This document shows positions 57,753 to 64,000 of a stretch of DNA of 64,000 bases, one piece after another. The notes beneath the pieces were generated by a model. That model saw only the letters and a program-made list of their open reading frames with translations. It searched no databases and was not told where the DNA came from. Within the stretch, counting starts at the first letter, position 1; every line of letters begins with the position of its first letter. This stretch comes from Gemmatimonadota bacterium (GTDB lineage: Bacteria; Gemmatimonadota; Gemmatimonadetes; Gemmatimonadales; GWC2-71-9). Location: positions 1 through 64,000 of the forward strand of contig JAZDCZ010000386.1 in NCBI GenBank assembly GCA_036679605.1, given 5' to 3'. The position numbers were made by a program, and so were the translations under genes.

Positions 57753-58141
57753 AGCTGCGAGTGCTTGGCGCGATAGCGATCATGGGAATCGTCGGTCAAT
57801 CTTGTGACGGCGGTGGGCCCAAGGACGGCGAACTGCTTGTCAATTTGGTCACGCCCAACTCCAACGATGCTGCGATACTCCTTCGAGTGGACGGTTCGGG
57901 ATCCAAGACGATTGTCGGTGCGACTGCCGCCTGTGCGGGATGTCAGATTTTTGCAATCTCTTCGAGTGAGACTCGACTGGATGCGGTCGTGACCGGTGCA
58001 CTCGCCTCCGGTCCGTTACTGCGGATATCGGTGTCGGATGTTGGGAGCAAGGGGTCGTACTCGTTGACGATCACGCAGGTGGCGGGCGCAGATCACAGGC
58101 TGCGTGGGCTCGTGGGTTACAAAGTCGAATTTGATCGCTGA
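57749..58141 (+). CDS. Small beta-rich lipoprotein (possibly cohesin-like)
   Basis: ATGA overlap with the M6 gene, lipobox-like GQSC and an alternating beta-strand pattern. Confidence 0.7.
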   Translation: MKLRVLGAIAIMGIVGQSCDGGGPKDGELLVNLVTPNSNDAAILLRVDGSGSKTIVGATAACAGCQIFAISSSETRLDAVVTGALASGPLLRISVSDVGSKGSYSLTITQVAGADHRLRGLVGYKVEFDR

Positions 58142-58145
58142 CTCG

Positions 58146-58592
58146 TCAACGCCGCTTTATCAGAAGCCAGCGACGGTTGGCGCCGGTCATGGTGTCGGCT
58201 CCGAGGTTGAACACGCTCAGAGCGATCGTGTCACCGGTGACTCGCCCCCGAAACGCGATGCCCGGGGAGTTATCGGTGCTGCGGAGTATATTGATCGTAA
58301 TATCCCCACCCCTCTTCAACGAATCGGTGAACGGAGCAAACGCCTTGGTGTCGATCCCGACGTTGCCCGAAAAGAAATGGGAGAGATGGCCGAACAAGCT
58401 GCCGTTGGCCGAATCCACGGTCAATTCTATTCGGATGCCGGGCATGGTCTGCGGTGGGTCCGAGGCGAGGTACCAGACGCCCTCGAGGGATGATGTGCCG
58501 CCAATCTCGCTCTCGTTTGCCGAGTTGTGCTGTGCACATGCGGCAACTGATGCTAGTAGAGGGATCCAGAGTATTGCATGACTTGACTTCAT
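58146..58592 (-). CDS. Hypothetical lipoprotein
   Basis: Lipobox VAAC and an LEGVW beta-barrel-like start. Confidence 0.7.
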   Translation of the reverse strand: MKSSHAILWIPLLASVAACAQHNSANESEIGGTSSLEGVWYLASDPPQTMPGIRIELTVDSANGSLFGHLSHFFSGNVGIDTKAFAPFTDSLKRGGDITINILRSTDNSPGIAFRGRVTGDTIALSVFNLGADTMTGANRRWLLIKRR

Positions 58593-58733
58593 AGGCGGCT
58601 CCGGACGCGTTTGTTGGTCTCCACTCTCGGCTGTCTGCTTAATTTTGCGGATGTACTTGTAACAGCCGGAACTAACGTTAACGTTCTATTCGATCGTTTG
58701 ACCAGTTTACAACCCTTAGAACAGGTACCAGCA

Positions 58734-61073
58734 ATGTCGATGTCTCGTATGAAGACGGCTCTAGTTGCCCTAGGCGCTACGTTTACGATTGTGGCTCCTC
58801 CATTACATGCACAGGACTTCGATCTCACGGTAGAGAACATAATGCGTGGCCCGGAGTTAGTCGGGACTGCCCCGAGGGCGCTTCGGGGTGGTGGGTTCTT
58901 TGGGGGCGGTGGCGGGTTTAGTTGGTCGCCCGACAGCCGGTATGTGTATTTCCGTTGGAAACAGCCTGGAGTGGACACTGGGGCAGTCATATATCGCGTT
59001 GAGGCTAGGGGTGGCCGGCCAGAGCGGCTCGACGATGTGGACGCAGACAAGATTTTGGCGGGTGCTGCGGTATGGTCACCCGATCGCAAGCAAGCAATCT
59101 TCGCTGTTGGAGGCGACCTCGTGCTGTGGCGAGCGAGTGGTTCGCGGTACATCACCAGGGGCGCCGGACGCGAGTCGAGTCCGAGTTGGTCTTCGGACGG
59201 ACAGATAGTCTATTACCAGCGCGATGGTAACATGTTCGCGTTGAACCTTGCCAATACCGAACTCAGACAGCTCACAGATATCAGACGCGGCGCCGCTCCC
59301 AAGGACGCTAAGAAAGCATCCGCCCAGCGCAAGTTCGTGACGGGGGAAGAGGAAAGACTGTTTGAGTTCATTCGCGACGGTGAGTTCGAGAAGCAACCGT
59401 GGGGGCGCCGTCCTGCCGAACCCGACTCGACGAAACCGCAGCCGTTTTATCCAGGTCAAAACAAGAGTGTTCAGGGAATGCGAGTTACGCCAGATGGAGA
59501 GTTTGTATTGATGACCATCTCCGAGCGTGCGCGAGACTCCAAACGAATCACCCTGCCTGTATGGATCAACCCAGAGGGGTATGTAACGACCTACACGGGG
59601 CGAGCCAAGGTTGGGGACGAGCAGGGGAAATTACGGGCAGCGATACTCGAGGTAGCGACGGGAAAGGTAACCTTCGTAGGTGATAGTGTTGGGGAGGGTG
59701 AGCGCAGTATCAACGGAATGGCTGTATCGCGCAATTCACGCCACGCACTGGTGCGCATCACCAGCGACGACGACGAAAACCGTTGGCTGGCAGTGGTCGA
59801 CCTGCCGAGTCTCGAGACGAGGGTGGTGGACGAACGTCACGACGCTGCTTGGATAGGTCGCATGCTATCGTTTACGATGGGCTTTCTCCCTGATGGAGAA
59901 ACCGTCTATTTCGGCTCGGAGAAAACCGGATGGTCTCACTTGTATACCGTGCCTGCCGCAGGTGGTGATCCCAAGGCCCTCACGAGTGGAGAATGGGAGG
60001 TGCAGGGTGCCAGGCTCTCGACAGACGGTCGGACCTTTTACATAACCGCCAATCGGGATGGGTTCGCGGAGGTCCACTTTTACACGCTACCGGCCAACGG
60101 AGGCAAGTTGACCCGCATCACATCGGCAATGGGACGGCAAGACGCGAGCGTCTCGCCGGATGGTCGCTGGTTGTCGATGTCGCATTCGGAAGCGAATCAC
60201 CCACCCGAACTCTATATCCAGGAGAACCGAGCCGGACGCGAGATGCGACAGATCACCGAGAGCACCACGGAAGAGTGGCGTCGCGGGTCGTGGATTAAGC
60301 CGGAGATCGTGATGATCAGGGCACGGGACGGCGTGGAGGTTCCGGCGCGGGTGTACCGACCGGCCGGAAACGTAGCGGCCGAGGGCAGTCGGCCGGCTGT
60401 GATCTTCGTGCACGGAGCGGGGTACTTACAAAACGTTCACAACTGGTGGTCCAACTATTATCGCGAGTACATGTTCCACCACCTGCTGGCCTCCAAGGGC
60501 TACACGGTGTTGGACATGGACTATCGCGGCAGCGCCGGCCACGGCCGTGATTGGAGGACCGCCATCTACCGTCATATGGGTGGTCAGGATCTAACAGATC
60601 AAGTAGATGGGGCGAAGTGGCTCGTAGAGAACATGGGCATAGATGCGGAACGCATAGGTATGTACGGCGGCAGCTACGGAGGGTTCATAACATTGATGGC
60701 GATGTTCACGACGCCCGGTGTCATCAAGTCGGGCGCCGCACTCAGACCCGTAACGGACTGGGCACATTACAACGACGGCTACACGTCCAACATCCTGAAC
60801 GACCCCCAAGAGGACTCACTGGCATACGAGCGTTCGTCGCCGATTAATTTTGCTGAAGGTCTCGAGGGCAACCTGCTCATCGCCCATGGCATGCTGGATG
60901 ACAACGTGCTGTTCTACGATACGGTGCGGCTCACTCAGCGGCTGATCGAGCTAGGGAAGAAGAACTGGCAGGTGGCAATGTATCCAGTGGAGCGCCACGG
61001 ATTTCAGCAGGCATCGAGCTGGACGGACGAGTACAGTAGGATCTTAAAGCTGTTCGAAACGACGCTGAAGTGA
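58734..61073 (+). CDS. Secreted S9 peptidase (DPP IV/prolyl oligopeptidase family)
   Basis: Signal peptide, WSPD beta-propeller repeats, GGSYGG, DDNV and ERHG. Confidence 0.95.
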   Translation: MSMSRMKTALVALGATFTIVAPPLHAQDFDLTVENIMRGPELVGTAPRALRGGGFFGGGGGFSWSPDSRYVYFRWKQPGVDTGAVIYRVEARGGRPERLDDVDADKILAGAAVWSPDRKQAIFAVGGDLVLWRASGSRYITRGAGRESSPSWSSDGQIVYYQRDGNMFALNLANTELRQLTDIRRGAAPKDAKKASAQRKFVTGEEERLFEFIRDGEFEKQPWGRRPAEPDSTKPQPFYPGQNKSVQGMRVTPDGEFVLMTISERARDSKRITLPVWINPEGYVTTYTGRAKVGDEQGKLRAAILEVATGKVTFVGDSVGEGERSINGMAVSRNSRHALVRITSDDDENRWLAVVDLPSLETRVVDERHDAAWIGRMLSFTMGFLPDGETVYFGSEKTGWSHLYTVPAAGGDPKALTSGEWEVQGARLSTDGRTFYITANRDGFAEVHFYTLPANGGKLTRITSAMGRQDASVSPDGRWLSMSHSEANHPPELYIQENRAGREMRQITESTTEEWRRGSWIKPEIVMIRARDGVEVPARVYRPAGNVAAEGSRPAVIFVHGAGYLQNVHNWWSNYYREYMFHHLLASKGYTVLDMDYRGSAGHGRDWRTAIYRHMGGQDLTDQVDGAKWLVENMGIDAERIGMYGGSYGGFITLMAMFTTPGVIKSGAALRPVTDWAHYNDGYTSNILNDPQEDSLAYERSSPINFAEGLEGNLLIAHGMLDDNVLFYDTVRLTQRLIELGKKNWQVAMYPVERHGFQQASSWTDEYSRILKLFETTLK

Positions 61074-61353
61074 TCGGATGTATCTTTCGTGCAATATTTT
61101 TTTGAGACCCACAAGATTAGAGGTTCCGTGACAAAGCCAGAACCCGGAATTCTGACACGCCGTCTCGGAAGTATCCTCTTGGCAGTGACATTCATTGCCG
61201 CCTGTGGTGGCGGTTCGTCCACCGACGGCGGGAACAATAACAACAACAACCCTCCGCCTTCCACAACGGTGCCAAAAGCGACGTCCCTGGTCCGCGTGTC
61301 GGCCAGTCCGGATACGGGGATCGCGGGAGAGGCCCTGAGTTCTCCACTAGTAG
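60835..61353 (+). repeat. Direct repeat copy A (S9 3' end, intergenic, M8-lipoprotein 5' end)
   Basis: Aligns by eye to 63475-64000. Confidence 0.92.
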
Positions 61354-62756
61354 CGCAAATCAACGATCAATCCGGCAAGCCGCTTGCCGGTGTTGTCGTG
61401 AACTTTTCGGTCACGTTGGGCGGGGGAAGCGTGTCGGCAAGCGTTGACACTACCGGTAGCAACGGGCAAGTGACGACGGTCTGGACCTTGGGGACAGGAG
61501 TCGGCTTTCAGCAGGCCAGGGCCACATCCGCCGGACTATCGGCGGCGGCGTTCGCCGCAACTGCCGTCGCCGGTCCTCCGGTGCTTATGACTGCCATCGC
61601 TCCCCTCTTGCAAAACACGGTGATCGGGACAGCAGTGAGCGGGCCTCCAGGTGTCAGAGTCACCGATCAGTTCGACAACGGGGTAGCTGGCATACAAGTG
61701 GTGTTCACCGTGGAGACCGGTGGCGGTAACCTGACGGGTGATACTGCGATAAGCGACTCTCAAGGGGTGGCAGTGGTGGGAAGCTGGATTGTAGGCTCGA
61801 CTGCGGGCCAGAACACCGTTTCGGCGCTCGCGACATCGATGGGCATAGCCGGGAACCCGATTGTCTTCACTGCGGACGGAGTCCTTACCGCGTTCGACCT
61901 GGAGGTGCGTTTCTCGGCGGGAGTCAACCCAACCGCTGGTCAGATGAAAGCCTTCGACGATGCGGCGGCAAAGTGGCGGTCTATCATAGTGGGAGACCTG
62001 GCAAACATTCCGTTCGATCCAGCGATTGCACAGCAACCGGCGTGTGGCCCGCCAGGGGTGATACCCACCCTGGAAGAGGAAATTGATGACATGGTCATTT
62101 TCGTTCAATTCGACAGTCTCGATGGACCAGGCGGCGTGTTGGGGCAGGCGGGTATATGCTTCATTCGGGTGGCGGACACCCTCCCAGTGGTCGGTTTCAT
62201 GCTGTTCGATATCGCTGACGTCCAGCAGCTGGAGGCTGATAATCAGCTGGAAAGTGTGATCCTGCACGAGATGGGTCATGTCTTGGGGATCGGCTTCCTA
62301 TGGGCCCCATTTGGGTTGCTGCAAGATCCGTCCGACACGGCATTTGCGGGTACGTTAGGTGCGGACACCCACTTTAACGGTGCGGCCGCAATTGCCGCAT
62401 TCGATTCGTTAGGCGGGACCGGGTTCACTGGGGCAAAGGTGCCGGTGGAGAACAACCAGGCGTCGTTTGGCTCTGGGGCCTTGGACGCGCATTGGCGGGA
62501 GGCAGCCTTGATCAATGAACTCATGACTCCCGTGCTGAATTCGACGTTGCTCAATCCGCTGTCAGCAATAACCACTGGGTCTCTCAGAGACCTGGGTTAC
62601 TCTGTTAACGTCAGCGCTTCAGATCCGTTTACCGTCCCAGCCCCTGGCAGCGTTGCGGGTTTGCTGAACATTGTACGCATGGTAGATGACATGTGGGGTG
62701 GTCCGATCTATTTCGTTAACACTGGGGTAACGATAAAACGGGCAACCCGTAGGTGA
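61128..62756 (+). CDS. Lipoprotein with Big_1-like Ig domains and an M8 (leishmanolysin-like) metalloprotease domain
   Basis: Lipobox IAAC, HEMGHVLG, AHWRE, ELMT and PLSAIT..L.DLGY. Confidence 0.88.
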   Translation: MTKPEPGILTRRLGSILLAVTFIAACGGGSSTDGGNNNNNNPPPSTTVPKATSLVRVSASPDTGIAGEALSSPLVAQINDQSGKPLAGVVVNFSVTLGGGSVSASVDTTGSNGQVTTVWTLGTGVGFQQARATSAGLSAAAFAATAVAGPPVLMTAIAPLLQNTVIGTAVSGPPGVRVTDQFDNGVAGIQVVFTVETGGGNLTGDTAISDSQGVAVVGSWIVGSTAGQNTVSALATSMGIAGNPIVFTADGVLTAFDLEVRFSAGVNPTAGQMKAFDDAAAKWRSIIVGDLANIPFDPAIAQQPACGPPGVIPTLEEEIDDMVIFVQFDSLDGPGGVLGQAGICFIRVADTLPVVGFMLFDIADVQQLEADNQLESVILHEMGHVLGIGFLWAPFGLLQDPSDTAFAGTLGADTHFNGAAAIAAFDSLGGTGFTGAKVPVENNQASFGSGALDAHWREAALINELMTPVLNSTLLNPLSAITTGSLRDLGYSVNVSASDPFTVPAPGSVAGLLNIVRMVDDMWGGPIYFVNTGVTIKRATRR

Positions 62757-62811
62757 TGATGTGCACGGTGAGACGAAGTGGGCTGAGTTGGTGAGCAAGC
62801 GCCCGACAAAC

Positions 62812-63390
62812 ATGTTGGCGCATGCAGCTGGTATAGCTGTTTTTCTGCTATCCGCGTGTACCGGGCGCCGCGAGTTTCGTACACTGGTGCCGTGGTGCGT
62901 TGAGCAAGAGGGTCAACTATCGGGCGCCGCGAGTGCGGATGGTATGGCTGGTGAGTATGCTCTTACGCTGGTAGCCACCACAGGGGCGCGGGTGGAAGGC
63001 AGGCTCACGCTCCTCAGAACGGACAGTGAGTCACTCCAGTTTATCGGAGTGAACGGATCACCAGATCTTTCGACGGTGGTGCCGGCCTACGGAACCGCCG
63101 AAATTGCGCTCGAGAAAGTTGGGGCCGTTCGACTGGGAGATCTCTCGTCGCGCGACGTCGCCAAGCCCGGAGTTGCTGTACTGCAAACCACTGCCGCCGG
63201 TGGCGGCGCTCCGTCAATCGTCGTACGTATCGGATCGCTGGCCAACGATCGCCGCATAGTGCGATTCGATGGTGGTTTCACGGCGCTCTACGTGGCCAAG
63301 ATCGATAGTTCTGGATTTGTGGGAGGTTGGCGCAGCGGAGTCCGGGGTACCGCTGCAGAAGGGTATTTCTGCGCCTTCCGCTATAAGTAA
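62812..63390 (+). CDS. Hypothetical lipoprotein
   Basis: Lipobox LSAC; beta-rich. The start may be as far upstream as 62761. Confidence 0.7.
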   Translation: MLAHAAGIAVFLLSACTGRREFRTLVPWCVEQEGQLSGAASADGMAGEYALTLVATTGARVEGRLTLLRTDSESLQFIGVNGSPDLSTVVPAYGTAEIALEKVGAVRLGDLSSRDVAKPGVAVLQTTAAGGGAPSIVVRIGSLANDRRIVRFDGGFTALYVAKIDSSGFVGGWRSGVRGTAAEGYFCAFRYK

Positions 63391-63440
63391 AGGCTGATCG
63401 GAGAACCGACCTGCCGTATTGTCGAGGAACCTTGGTTACA

Positions 63441-63459
63441 GGCAACTAATCTAGTTGCC
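63441..63459. other. Perfect 8-bp-stem hairpin next to the duplication junction
   Basis: GGCAACTA-ATC-TAGTTGCC; no clear U-tract. Confidence 0.5.
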
Positions 63460-63475
63460 GTTCGTCACCCCGCCC

Positions 63476-63713
63476 GTCGCCGATTAATTTTGCCGAAGGT
63501 CTCGAGGGCAACTTGCTCATCGCCCATGGCATGCTGGATGACAACATGCTGTTCTACGATACGGTGCGGCTTACTCAGCGGGGGATCGAGCTGGGCAAGA
63601 AGAACCGGCAGGTGGCCATGTATCCGGTGGAGCGCCACGGATTTCAGCAGGCATCGAGCTGGGCAGACGAGTACGGTAGGATCTTGAAGCTGTTCAAGAC
63701 GACGCTGAAGTGA
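63476..63713 (+). pseudogene. Duplicated C-terminal fragment of the S9 peptidase
   Basis: SPINFAEGLEG...KTTLK; lacks the catalytic Ser and the propeller, and has six amino-acid changes. Confidence 0.85.
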
Positions 63714-63780
63714 TGGTATGTGACGGATGAATGTATCTTTCGTGCTATATTCTTTTGAGACCCACAAGATGAGAGGTTCC

Positions 63781-64000
63781 GTGACAAAGCCAGAAGCCGG
63801 AATTCTGACACGCCGTCTCGGAAGTATCCTCTTGGCAGTGACATTGGTTGCGGCCTGTAGTGGCGGTTCGTCTACCGACAGTGGGAACGACAATAACCCT
63901 CCACCCTCCACTGTGAATCCGAAGGAGACGTCCCTGGTACGCGTGTCGGCCAGTCCGGATACCGGGGTCGCGGGAGAGGCCCTGAGTTCTCCACTAGTAG
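63781..64000 (+). CDS. Paralog of the 61128 lipoprotein (5' part; runs off the window end)
   Basis: GTG then open frame MTKPEAGILTRRLGSILLAVTLVAACSGG...GEALSSPLV to the window end. Confidence 0.8.
   Translation, partial: MTKPEAGILTRRLGSILLAVTLVAACSGGSSTDSGNDNNPPPSTVNPKETSLVRVSASPDTGVAGEALSSPLV

Larger units (their letters stand above)
63475..64000 (+). repeat. Direct repeat copy B, running off the window end
   Basis: Offset 2640 nt from copy A, with scattered substitutions and small indels. Confidence 0.92.

Noticed and set aside
58674..58685. Perfect palindrome AACGTTAACGTT in the divergent gap before the S9 gene
   Set aside because: Single occurrence, no adjacent regulator, and could arise by chance.
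60835..64000. Diversity-generating retroelement template/variable repeat pair
   Set aside because: Differences involve C, G and T as well as A and include indels; the repeat spans an intergenic region; no reverse transcriptase is present.

Overview
64 kb of a GC-rich diderm bacterial chromosome; the gene content suggests Gemmatimonadota (inference). 1-1.8 kb: decayed mobile region with an IS630-like start, an IS110/IS1111 fragment inserted in an integron attC-like site, an antitoxin with a truncated PIN toxin, a 21/63-nt palindromic repeat array and a second solo IS end. 1.8-14.4 kb: alpha/beta hydrolase divergent from TetR-TolC-MFP-RND (three tandem operators), a nitrilase, and a pseudokinase-kinase divergent from an FHA-FHA-TM-coiled-coil-trypsin protein. 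14.4-28.3 kb: Dpp-type ABC genes and a long, tightly packed operon of unknown function (GHMP kinase, heparinase II/III-like lyase, TrmJ, class III aminotransferase, two amidohydrolases, DHDPS-like, DHOD-like, OSBS/NSAR-like). 28.5-47.6 kb: alternative complex III actABCDEF, xdhC, M16 protease, VIT-vWA/ECF/anti-sigma, an internally duplicated secreted protein, TonB-like and Cys-cluster proteins. 47.8-55.2 kb: cupredoxin, DedA and a PHM-like dicopper monooxygenase candidate converging on a sphingolipid operon (SPT, bCerS-like, CerR-like, AUR1-like), plus a PAP2 phosphatase. 55.2-64 kb: M6, S9 and M8 peptidases and lipoproteins, ending in a diverged direct duplication. No rRNA, tRNA or credible CRISPR array was seen. 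The best candidates for undescribed systems are the cupredoxin/PHM-like monooxygenase module, the AUR1-like sphingolipid operon, the pseudokinase-kinase/FHA-protease pair, the orphan operon and the palindromic array. All calls are by eye from motifs; no database searches were run.
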